This document shows, one piece after another, positions 11,381 through 20,321 of a stretch of DNA of 57,787 nt. The notes below the pieces were generated by a model. It was not told the origin of the DNA. It worked only from the letters and a program-made list of their open reading frames with translations, and did no database searches. The number at the start of each line of letters is the position of its first letter. Positions within the stretch are counted from its first letter, which is position 1. A program made the position numbers and the translations under genes. Origin of the DNA: an uncultured cyanobacterium (lineage in GTDB: Bacteria; Cyanobacteriota; Cyanobacteriia; Cyanobacteriales; Microcystaceae); NCBI GenBank assembly GCA_963807635.1, contig CAWEDJ010000102.1, positions 1-57,787 on the forward strand, given 5' to 3'.

Positions 11381-13309
11381 TTATTTTCCAGGCTTGGGTC
11401 GTGGGAATTTAGAAGCAGCAGGGAAATATTCTACGGGTAAATCTTTGACGGCTTGGCTCATAAAGGAACGCCAAATGGGAGCCGCGTAATGTCCCCCTGT
11501 GATTCCTTTCCCTAAAGGCGCGTTATTATCGTTGCCGAGCCAGACTGCGGTGGCAAGCTGAGGAACATAACCCACAAACCAAACATTACGTTCATTGTCT
11601 GTTGTTCCCGTTTTACCCGCCGTTGGTCTTCCTAAATAAGCGGCCTTTCCTGTTCCTCCATTAACCACAGAAGTTAAAACAGAACTAGTACTAGCGGCTG
11701 CCCAGGGGTCTAATACTAACTGGGGTTTAGGCGTATTATCTAACAAAACATTGCCCTGACTATCCGTAATTCGCAAAATAATCGTGGGTTCCGAATACCA
11801 ACCATTGCTGGCCAGGGTTGCATAGGCTGTCGCCATATCAATGGGGGTCACATCAACGGAACCGAGGGGCAAGGAAGCAACCGCTTGTAACGGACTCTTG
11901 ATTCCCATGCGACGAGACGCTTCAATAACTTTGCTAATACCCACTTTGTTACCAACGACCACAGCAGGAACATTTTGAGAAGAAGCAATGGCACTGCGAA
12001 TGGACATGGGGCCTGAATAACCGCCACCATAGTTTTTAGGTGTGTAAAAATTACTCCCATCGCGAATTCTGACTCCGCCGCCAGGAACGACTGAATCAGG
12101 AGTATATTTGCCCGAAGCAAAGGCTGTGTAATAAACAAAAGGTTTAAAGGATGACCCAGGCTGACGACGAGATTGGAGTGCGCGATTCAACTGGCTTTTT
12201 TCATAGTCAACTCCTCCCACAATGGTTTTAATAAAATGGGTACGGGGATCTACTGATACTAAGGCAAGTTGTAAATTCTTGCCCTTTAAGCCGCCCCTCA
12301 GTCGTTTATAGGCATTTTGAACAACCGCTTCTCCTTTTTTCTGAATATCATAATCAACCGTCGTTTGAATTCGCAAACCCCCTTTTCTCAGGGTTTCGTC
12401 ACCAAAACGATCTTTAATTTCCTTAATAACCGTATCTGTCACATAGGGGAGTTTACTTCCTCTCCAAGCCGTCGGTTCTCCCAGAATAATCTTAGTTTTC
12501 TTGGCGGCTTTAGCTTCGGCGGGGGTAATCCATCCGAGATACTGCATTCGGTCTAGGACAACTTCTTGCCGTTCTTTGGCGGCTTTGTACTGATGGAAGG
12601 GATTGTAGTCTTCGGGGGCTTGGATCATTCCCGCTAACATGGCAGATTCGGCCAGATTCAGTTTAGAGGCGGATTTTTTAAAATAGGTCTCTGAGGCGGT
12701 TTGAATCCCGTAGTTGTTGTTGCCCCAATAAATATTATTGAGGTACATGGATAAAATTTGATCTTTATCAAAAACCTGTTCCACTCGAATCGCTAGTACG
12801 GCTTCGGCGGCTTTGCGAGTGACGACTCGTTTTTTGGAAAGAAAAATATTTTTGACTAATTGCATCGTCAGGGTTGATGCGCCTTCGGATACTCCGCCAC
12901 TTTTGAAGTTGGCTAATAACGCCCGACCAATACTGTTGGGATTAATGCCCTGATGAGAGTAAAAACTACTGTCTTCGATCGCCATGACAGCCCGCTTCAG
13001 GTCAGGAGAAATCTGATCAAGACTGACAATTTTGCGGTGGGCTTCATCATGAAGACTTAATAATTCTCGTCCCTTGACATCATAAACATAACTGGTCTGG
13101 GCGGGAACGTAGGTTTTCAGGCTACGGACATCGGGAAGATTACGGAAACTGATGGCCAGACCGACTAATCCCCCCGCGATCGCGGCACTACCGAGCAACC
13201 CGACCCCCAAAACGGTTCCTGCTGCTATTTTGATAACACCTTTGCCGAAGGTCGGCTCGGAAGCCGTGGGTTGATCTTTTTTGGATTGTCCTATAGTGCT
13301 AGAAAACAC
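11381..13309 (-). CDS. Class A penicillin-binding protein (PBP1A family)
   Basis: Transglycosylase AIEDSSF and GASTLTMQL, transpeptidase SSFK, SQN and KTG motifs. Confidence 0.93.
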   Translation of the reverse strand: MFSSTIGQSKKDQPTASEPTFGKGVIKIAAGTVLGVGLLGSAAIAGGLVGLAISFRNLPDVRSLKTYVPAQTSYVYDVKGRELLSLHDEAHRKIVSLDQISPDLKRAVMAIEDSSFYSHQGINPNSIGRALLANFKSGGVSEGASTLTMQLVKNIFLSKKRVVTRKAAEAVLAIRVEQVFDKDQILSMYLNNIYWGNNNYGIQTASETYFKKSASKLNLAESAMLAGMIQAPEDYNPFHQYKAAKERQEVVLDRMQYLGWITPAEAKAAKKTKIILGEPTAWRGSKLPYVTDTVIKEIKDRFGDETLRKGGLRIQTTVDYDIQKKGEAVVQNAYKRLRGGLKGKNLQLALVSVDPRTHFIKTIVGGVDYEKSQLNRALQSRRQPGSSFKPFVYYTAFASGKYTPDSVVPGGGVRIRDGSNFYTPKNYGGGYSGPMSIRSAIASSQNVPAVVVGNKVGISKVIEASRRMGIKSPLQAVASLPLGSVDVTPIDMATAYATLASNGWYSEPTIILRITDSQGNVLLDNTPKPQLVLDPWAAASTSSVLTSVVNGGTGKAAYLGRPTAGKTGTTDNERNVWFVGYVPQLATAVWLGNDNNAPLGKGITGGHYAAPIWRSFMSQAVKDLPVEYFPAASKFPRPKPGK

Positions 13310-13545
13310 GATGTCTTTACTTCCTCTCTCCGATGATGATGGACGAATACGCCTAAAGATTATAGATTAACTAAAAACGGGAACTAATTCTCTCTAGGTT
13401 TAATCACAATATTAATTTAGTAGGATACTAGAGTTTCAGAATAAGTCAACTAGTGACTCGCGACAGAAATGGTCAAAACTCTTGCCGACTAATTTATATG
13501 ATGACAAATGATTGTTGGACTGACAGGACTTGAGTGTACGGAAAA

Positions 13546-13845
13546 TGTACATTCACTAATTATGTGACGCTTTAACAGAAGCCTGTCATCGAGTTTTTTA
13601 AGCGACGAAATCCTCTCTACACAAAGATTTCTGTGCTTTTAGTATAACAAAAACTTGCTTTTTCAGCAAAGAGTAATTTTAACAAGTTGACTGTCGTTTT
13701 CGGAGCGATTAACAAATTCATTGTCACTTTGAGCTTTATTAACAAATTTATTGTCACTTTGGGTTTTATTAACAAATTCATTGTCACTTTGGGTTTCTAA
13801 TGCAATTTAGCTGGAGTTTTGCAAAATTAACATTGACTTGTCGCG
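13546..13845 (+). repeat. CAST right end (tnsB-proximal) with about 7 TnsB-binding sites
   Basis: TGTACA followed by sites of the form TTAACA-N6/7-TGTC. Two terminal sites, a gap, four sites at 30-bp period (13679, 13709, 13739, 13769) and one at ~13827. Confidence 0.88.
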
Positions 13846-13880
13846 ATTTGATTTCCATCCTATAATTACATATATGTTTT
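13838..13880 (+). promoter_or_regulatory. Putative tnsB promoter with candidate CvkR operator
   Basis: TTGTCG-N17-TATAAT (13838-13866) overlaps the last TnsB site. Palindrome ACATATATGT at 13868-13877 resembles the CvkR box AnnACATnATGTnnT with one extra central base. Confidence 0.5.
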
Positions 13881-13892
13881 ATAGATTGAAAT

Positions 13893-15530
13893 ATGAATAC
13901 TACTGATAATTGCTCTTTGGACATTAATCAAGAACTTTTTGATGCGCTTCAGCCCCTTATGGAGCCTTGTGATCGGAATACCTATAGTCGGCGGTTAAAA
14001 GAGGCGGCGACAAAGCTCAATAAATCCGTAAGAACTGTGCAACGTCTTATGAAACGATGGCAGGATGAGGGGATAGGTGCTTTTACCAGCACGGAGCGTT
14101 CTGATAGGGGATATTCTAGAACTGCGGATGAATGGCAGGACTTTATTGTCAAAACTTACAAGGAGGGAAATAAAGGAAGTCGGAAGATGTCTCCAATCCA
14201 GGTTCACTTAAGAGTAAAGGTGAGAGCGAAAGAGTTAGGACTTGAGAAATATCCCTCTCACATGACTGTTTACCGTATTTTGAAGCCTATTACAGAAAAC
14301 GAAGAACGACGTAAATCTTTGCGATCGCCAGGTTGGAAAGGTTCAACGCTGGTGTTGCCTACTAGGGATGGCCAGCAACTCACTCCAGAATGTAGCAACG
14401 AAGTTTGGCAGTGCGATCACACTCCAGGTGATATTCTTCTGGTCGATAAAAACGGTAAACTTTTGGGTCGTCCTTGGATAACAACCATCGGAGATAGTTA
14501 CTCTCGCTGTCTAATAGGGGTAAATATTGGATTTGATGCCCCAAGCTCCCATGTGGTTGCTTTGGCTTTACGTCATGCAATTTTGCCAAAATCCTATGGA
14601 CAAGAGTATGGATTGCATTGTGAATGGGGGACTTATGGTATTCCCAGATTTCTCTATACGGATGGTGGAAAAGACTTTCGCTCCACCCATTTACAACAGA
14701 TAGGAGCGCACCTTGGATTTACCTGCTATTTGAGAAGTCGTCCTCCCAATGGGGGCATAATAGAGCGTCAATTTGGGACTTTCAACACACAATTTTACTC
14801 TAGTTTTCCTGGATATACAGGCTCTAATGTTCAAGAACGATCTGAACACGCGGAAAAAGAAGCTTGCCTGACAATAGAAGACTTACACAAATATGTTGTC
14901 CGATATATAGTCGATAACTACAACCAAACACTTGATACTCGGATGGGGGATCAAACTCGTTTCCAACGATGGGAATCAGGTCTAACGACTCTCCCTATGC
15001 TGCCTACTGAGCGAGAGTTGGATATATGCCTTATGAAATCGACTCAGCGTCGGGTTCAAAGAGGGGGAATCATACAGTTTGAAAATCTTACTTATAAGGG
15101 AGAAAACCTCATTGGCTATGAAGGTATTCAGGTAAGCCTTCGTTACGATCCAGCAGATATTACTACTATTTTGGTTTATCACCGAGAAGGTAACAAAGAA
15201 ACTTTTTTAACTCGCGCCCATGCGATGGGCTTAGAAGTAACATCTCTTACTTTTGCTGATGTAAAGTCTACTCGTAAGCAGTTGCGTGAAAAAAGTAAAA
15301 ACATCAGTAATCATTCTATTTTGGCGGAAATAGAGCGTCGTGATCAAGATGTAGCCAAAACTGTTAAAGATAGACGTAAAAAAGCCCAGGCGGAATTTTC
15401 TCCCAAAACTCAAACATTCATTACGGAGGCTAAGGACATTGCTGGATCTGAGGATACAGAGGATATTACCTCAAGTCTTTTGGAACCGATCACACCTGTC
15501 AAGATATGGGATTTAGATGAGGATTACTAA
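13893..15530 (+). CDS. tnsB: DDE transposase TnsB (type V-K CAST)
   Basis: HTH SVRTVQRL, catalytic WQCDHT, YTDGGKDF and GGIIER, RYDPADITT, acidic C-terminal hook. Confidence 0.95.
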   Translation: MNTTDNCSLDINQELFDALQPLMEPCDRNTYSRRLKEAATKLNKSVRTVQRLMKRWQDEGIGAFTSTERSDRGYSRTADEWQDFIVKTYKEGNKGSRKMSPIQVHLRVKVRAKELGLEKYPSHMTVYRILKPITENEERRKSLRSPGWKGSTLVLPTRDGQQLTPECSNEVWQCDHTPGDILLVDKNGKLLGRPWITTIGDSYSRCLIGVNIGFDAPSSHVVALALRHAILPKSYGQEYGLHCEWGTYGIPRFLYTDGGKDFRSTHLQQIGAHLGFTCYLRSRPPNGGIIERQFGTFNTQFYSSFPGYTGSNVQERSEHAEKEACLTIEDLHKYVVRYIVDNYNQTLDTRMGDQTRFQRWESGLTTLPMLPTERELDICLMKSTQRRVQRGGIIQFENLTYKGENLIGYEGIQVSLRYDPADITTILVYHREGNKETFLTRAHAMGLEVTSLTFADVKSTRKQLREKSKNISNHSILAEIERRDQDVAKTVKDRRKKAQAEFSPKTQTFITEAKDIAGSEDTEDITSSLLEPITPVKIWDLDEDY

Positions 15531-16320
15531 TGATGGAAACCCAGCTTAATATTGAGCGTGAAATTTGTCGGTTACAAAGTACCAAAATTGTTGAAGTTGA
15601 ACAGTTACATTCTCTTCATAAATGGCTTGACAACCAGCGTATCTGCCGACAGCCAGGAAGAATTTTAGGGGAATCCCGTACAGGAAAAAGTTGTGGAGTC
15701 AAGAGTTATGCACAAGAACATCCCCCTTTTCAAGTGGCAGGTTCCCATCCCATAATTCCAGTGCTTGTAATACAAGTCCCTCAAGATTGCGGAGCAAAGG
15801 AACTTTATACCCTTATTACTGAAGCATTGAAATTCAAAGTAACAAAAGGTTCAGTAGCAGACCTTCGCCGTCGAGTCTATAAGTATCTTCGGGACTGCAA
15901 AGTAGAGATGTTAATTATTGATGAGGCTGATCGGATCATGGCAAAGTTTTTTGCAGATGTGAGAGATTTTTCTGATCATCTCAATATTGCAATTGTGTTG
16001 GTGGGGACTGATCGCCTTGATGCAGTAATCAATCGAGATGAGCAAGTTAAAAATTGCTTTTACTCATATTTTCGTATGGGGGTGTTGAATCCTGTGCAGT
16101 TTGAGAAGACCGTAGTGATTTGGGAGCAACAAATACTAAGGTTGCCCATTCCATCGAATTTAACGGCCACGGCGACATTGAAGTTATTAAGAGAGAAAAC
16201 GAGGGGCTATATCGGGATTTTAGACATGATTCTTAGGCATTCAGCGATCCGGCCCTTCAGAAAGGAGCGTTGAAAATTGATCTAGATACCCTGAAAGAAG
16301 TCATGGCGGGGTTTGGCTAA
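15530..16320 (+). CDS. tnsC: AAA+ ATPase TnsC (1-bp frameshift near 16252, true stop at 16320)
   Basis: Walker A GESRTGKS, Walker B LIIDEAD, VLVGTDRL. Adding one G restores the typical C-terminus ...IRALQKGALKIDLDTLKEVMAGFG*, whose TAA overlaps the tniQ ATG. Confidence 0.93.
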
Positions 16321-16820
16321 TGGAAACGATTTTACAACCTTGGATTTATCGTTTAGCCCCCTATTCAGGAGAGAGTCTCAGCCACTATCTGGGACGGTTT
16401 AGGGAGGCGAATTGCTTATCTGTCAGCAGATTGGCGGAGGAAGCGAGATTGGGGAGTGTTTTTATCAAACGCCTAGAACACTTTCGGCATAATCCATTCC
16501 CCACTGCCTCCCAACTAGAAAAACTGGCTATTTTTACGGAAATCAGTCCAGAGTTACTCATGATGATGCTACCTGAGAAGGGGGTAGGAATGAAATTGGA
16601 GCCTATTCGCCTCTGTGCCGCTTGTTATGCTGACCAGTCTTACCACCGTCTGGAATGGCAATATAAGACCACTGAGGGGTGTGAAAAACATCGTTTACGC
16701 TTGTTGTCAGAGTGCCCAAAATGCAAGGCCCACTTTCCTATCCCGTCTCTGTGGCACGGAAAATGCCAAAGGTGTGGATTGAGGTTTAGCGATATGCAGT
16801 TTTTTCAGAAGTATTATTGA
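16320..16820 (+). CDS. tniQ: TniQ (short, V-K type)
   Basis: PYSGESLSHYLGRFR, HNPFP, IRLCAACY, zinc-finger CEKH/CPKC/CQRC. Confidence 0.95.
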   Translation: METILQPWIYRLAPYSGESLSHYLGRFREANCLSVSRLAEEARLGSVFIKRLEHFRHNPFPTASQLEKLAIFTEISPELLMMMLPEKGVGMKLEPIRLCAACYADQSYHRLEWQYKTTEGCEKHRLRLLSECPKCKAHFPIPSLWHGKCQRCGLRFSDMQFFQKYY

Positions 16821-16844
16821 ATTGATTCGGCATCATAATTAATT

Positions 16845-18266
16845 ATGATCTTCTCTTATATCAACCCAAAATATACACTTAGACTGATGAATAAAGGCGA
16901 CAGACAAAAACAAGGCCATGTATATATTTTGATTAATCAAAGCTATGCGGGGCTACTCAAAATTGGCATGACAACTCGCAATCCAGAAGAGCGAGCGAAA
17001 GAACTATCTCGACCAACAGGAATTGCTACTCCTTTTTTTGTTGCCTATCAGCAAGAAGTATCAAATTGTGAGTTAGTAGAGCAAGAAATTCATGCCAATT
17101 TATCGAACTTTCGATATAGAAACAATAGAGAGTTTTTTGAGATGCCTCTCCATGAAGCTGTCAGAATGATACCTCAAATTATTGACAAAATTGAAATTCG
17201 GCTAAGGATTAAAGGCGCATTGCCTATTTTAGACTCTTGCTACTGCTATGAAGACCAAAAATATTTTATCCAGAATTTTGTTTTATCTGCAAGAAAATAT
17301 ATTGCAGACATCGATATCATTCATTCACTCTCTATTAAACTGATTAAACTTTATTTTAATCACAGTTTTATTTTGGAAGATTTGAGAGTAAGATCAGTAA
17401 GATCTCAGGAACCTTACTTTATCAATACCTCAGAAACTTACTTGATCCCTCCTTCCGATATTACTTTTCCATCTTTAGGTAGGGCAACTCAGGAATGGGT
17501 CAATGTTTGTAAAGAAATCCCCTTTGAAAATATTAATTTGGATGGCGAGAAGAAAGCTCTAGAATTAATAGAAAAAGCCATTGCATCAATCACAGATGAT
17601 GTGAGTGAATTCGATTATGCAGATAGAATAATAGGTGTATCGATTGAAGATATATTAACCAGAGGAAATAGGGAAAACTTAATTGACTTACTTAATTTTA
17701 TAATTTATTTCATTAGTTATTATTTCACAAAAATAGATACAGATCACCATAATTTTATCTTTTATCAAAATCCAGAGATTGAAGTTTTGTTATCTAATAT
17801 AGCAAATGAAAATAAAAATATTGAAGCTACTTACTTAGCTTTATTTTGTCTATATGCGCTTTATGGAATAAAGTGGAATTATTTTCAAAATGAGAATTAT
17901 GAAAAAAGATTTCTTGATTTTATGACTTGGGATGAATCGGATGCAAAGAGAGAAACTATTGCTACTTATGCTACACGTTTTTTTTCGATTCTCAGTCAGT
18001 TTGATCAACAAAGTATTGATGATATTTTTAGGATTGTTTATATTGGAAAATATGAGAGATGTGCAAGTATTGATGATGATTTGTTGGTAGACATCTTAAA
18101 TGAAATGAGTCATGTCAATGAATATACAGGAGAGAATGATGAAATGATTGGTTTTCAGTGGTGTCATGACGAAGGAACAAAGGCGATGATTGTAGACGTA
18201 CTTGTCAAACTGAAAAATTATTTCGATGAGAACACCTTGGCTATATACCTAAAATCCTTGCTTTAA
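16845..18266 (+). CDS. GIY-YIG (T5orf172-like) nuclease-domain protein with unrecognised helical C-terminus
   Basis: GHVYILIN..LLKIGMTTRNPEERAKELS..TG..TPF..EIH..L..REFF. AT-rich. Start may be 16887. Confidence 0.8.
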   Translation: MIFSYINPKYTLRLMNKGDRQKQGHVYILINQSYAGLLKIGMTTRNPEERAKELSRPTGIATPFFVAYQQEVSNCELVEQEIHANLSNFRYRNNREFFEMPLHEAVRMIPQIIDKIEIRLRIKGALPILDSCYCYEDQKYFIQNFVLSARKYIADIDIIHSLSIKLIKLYFNHSFILEDLRVRSVRSQEPYFINTSETYLIPPSDITFPSLGRATQEWVNVCKEIPFENINLDGEKKALELIEKAIASITDDVSEFDYADRIIGVSIEDILTRGNRENLIDLLNFIIYFISYYFTKIDTDHHNFIFYQNPEIEVLLSNIANENKNIEATYLALFCLYALYGIKWNYFQNENYEKRFLDFMTWDESDAKRETIATYATRFFSILSQFDQQSIDDIFRIVYIGKYERCASIDDDLLVDILNEMSHVNEYTGENDEMIGFQWCHDEGTKAMIVDVLVKLKNYFDENTLAIYLKSLL

Positions 18267-18353
18267 TGCCTTGAGAATACGCGATAAGCTTATTCTCATC
18301 TATGCTTGATGGCTGTTTCGTGATGTTGGAGGAGTCTATCAAATGCGTAATTC

Positions 18354-18484
18354 CAGCAATTCTCATTATGGAATTTTGAGATAAATTTATTGAGAATGGT
18401 CGCAATAACGATCTCCAAAAGCCTCATTCTTTCGTTGTGAGATCATTGCATAGTTCTGTCTCGTGGTCAAAATGAGAATTGCTG
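18354..18484. mobile_element. 131-bp MITE with 14-bp perfect TIRs and 9-bp TSD
   Basis: CAGCAATTCTCATT...AATGAGAATTGCTG, flanked on both sides by GCGTAATTC (18345-18353, 18485-18493). Confidence 0.85.
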
Positions 18485-18573
18485 GCGTAATTCAGATACA
18501 ATGTAGCTCATAATAAGCAACTAAACTAAGCACATTCAACATTATAAAAACAATACACGCTGAGGGAGGTGCT

Positions 18574-19635
18574 ATGTTAGACACCGTAAACGACTCTAGC
18601 GTCACTATTTCGATAGACACGCTTTATGCTCGCCTTAGAAATATCGGCTTAACTCGCTCTACTGTCCGAAATCTGTTGTTACCAGATTGGTGGTGTGATG
18701 AATTTGAGCAACGAGAGGGAACCTTTTTCGAGGCGGCGGCCTATATCGCCCGTCGGACTGGCCTGGATTTTTCTGCTCTCATTCATGAGGATCAGGAGCT
18801 TTCTTTTCCTTCGGATTCGGGTCTTTGTTTCAAAAAGCGACAAGGGACAGAGGAGAAGGACTTGGCGATCGCCAGTGGTGTAGCGGAACAAGTGGCTAAG
18901 AGCGTCGCTTTTGCCTGTGCAAGGGAATATCAGTCAGTAGCGGGTTGGAATGCTGAGGCAGTTCGCAGGGAAATTCTATCGAAGCATCAATGGGTGAATC
19001 TGGACGGTTTACTTGATTTTTGTTGGAATCATGGCTTGCCTGTCGTTCACTTGACTAATCTCCCGTCTGGGAATGGACTAAAGAAATTTGACGGTGTGGC
19101 AGGGGTCTTTGAGGGTCGTCCTGTGATCGCTACTGGCAAAAATCATAAATCCTCTGCTTGGATGGCCTTTATTGTTGCCCATGAGCTAGGGCACATTATC
19201 TCTGGCCATGTTCAGGAAGGAGAATGTATTGTTGATGAAAATATCGAGCTTGATGGGGAGACAGATCCGCAGGAAAAAGAGGCTGATCGGTTCGCTGTTG
19301 AATTGATTTATGGGAAAAACAACGTGAATTATTTACAGTCAGGTTATTTAACTGCAAATAAATTAGTAAATTATGCACTTTCTCAGGCAGAAAAAGATGT
19401 TGTCAATCCAGCTTCGATTGTTTTGAACCATGCGTGGCACAAGAAGCAAACAGTTATGACGAAAAAGCAGCAGGCAATTGCCTGGGGTATTTCTCAAAAT
19501 GCCATCAAGGAATTAGAAGGTGAATTTCTTGCCGCACCAGAGATCATAAATCGTCGTCTAGCAGATAATTTAGACTGGGATCGTTTAAGTGACGATAACT
19601 GTGATTTTTTAGAGAGGATGGCCGAAACTGAGTGA
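18574..19635 (+). CDS. ImmA/IrrE family zinc metallopeptidase
   Basis: AFIVAHELGHI (HExxH) plus downstream EKEADRFA. GGAGG RBS. Confidence 0.87.
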   Translation: MLDTVNDSSVTISIDTLYARLRNIGLTRSTVRNLLLPDWWCDEFEQREGTFFEAAAYIARRTGLDFSALIHEDQELSFPSDSGLCFKKRQGTEEKDLAIASGVAEQVAKSVAFACAREYQSVAGWNAEAVRREILSKHQWVNLDGLLDFCWNHGLPVVHLTNLPSGNGLKKFDGVAGVFEGRPVIATGKNHKSSAWMAFIVAHELGHIISGHVQEGECIVDENIELDGETDPQEKEADRFAVELIYGKNNVNYLQSGYLTANKLVNYALSQAEKDVVNPASIVLNHAWHKKQTVMTKKQQAIAWGISQNAIKELEGEFLAAPEIINRRLADNLDWDRLSDDNCDFLERMAETE

Positions 19636-20321
19636 TTGCCTACATTGACAATGACATTGTTCTCAAGCTGTGTGCTTGTGATCTGTTTTGGGAAGCGATC
19701 GCGGCTCTGGGTTTAGAAAAAGAAAATTTGAGGGTATTGGACAGCGCTCAGTTCGTTTTTAGGGGAAATAGAAAGGTTAAACGGCAATATAATGAGACGG
19801 TGAGAGAAAGGGCGATCGCGGTGGTTCGTTCTTTAGAGACGGTCAGAGCCAATGCTTCTCATCCTCTGTTGGGTTTGAGTTTGCCTGATGTGGATGAGGG
19901 GGAGTTACTCTTGATTGGAAGGGCGATCGCCGAGCCTGCTTTTTATTTGGTGTCAGGAGATAAACGTTGTTTTCGGGCATTAGGGAGACATGGAGAGTTA
20001 GCGCAGGCAAGGGAAAAGTTATGTGGACGGGTGATCTGTTTGGAGCAGGTTATCCGCTTTTTAATTGAGGATCAGGGCTTTGAGACTATTCGGGATAAGG
20101 TTGTGCCTGCCTGTGAGTGTGACACCGCTTTGAAGACAATTTTTGGTTCTGGTTCTCACGCGGAAGAAAATCATTGTCTGGCTACGTTGTCTAGTTATTT
20201 GGAGGAGCTAGAACAGGATTGTCCAGAATTATTGGCTCCCTTGGACAAATGGAACAAGATCAGAAGTCCAGTGGAATTTGTAACTGACGAATGGATTGAA
20301 CGGCTTTATATGCCTGATTAA
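19632..20321 (+). CDS. PIN-like domain protein (putative toxin)
   Basis: PIN-type acidic pattern: AYIDNDIV, VDEGE, LVSGDKR. GTGA overlap with the upstream peptidase stop. Confidence 0.65.
   Translation: MIAYIDNDIVLKLCACDLFWEAIAALGLEKENLRVLDSAQFVFRGNRKVKRQYNETVRERAIAVVRSLETVRANASHPLLGLSLPDVDEGELLLIGRAIAEPAFYLVSGDKRCFRALGRHGELAQAREKLCGRVICLEQVIRFLIEDQGFETIRDKVVPACECDTALKTIFGSGSHAEENHCLATLSSYLEELEQDCPELLAPLDKWNKIRSPVEFVTDEWIERLYMPD

Noticed and set aside
16240..16320. Programmed frameshift in tnsC (and likewise in hsdR, sigB, cphB, trmD)
   Set aside because: No slippery heptamer or stimulatory structure at the tnsC site. Similar 1-bp indels occur in many unrelated genes, consistent with sequencing error.
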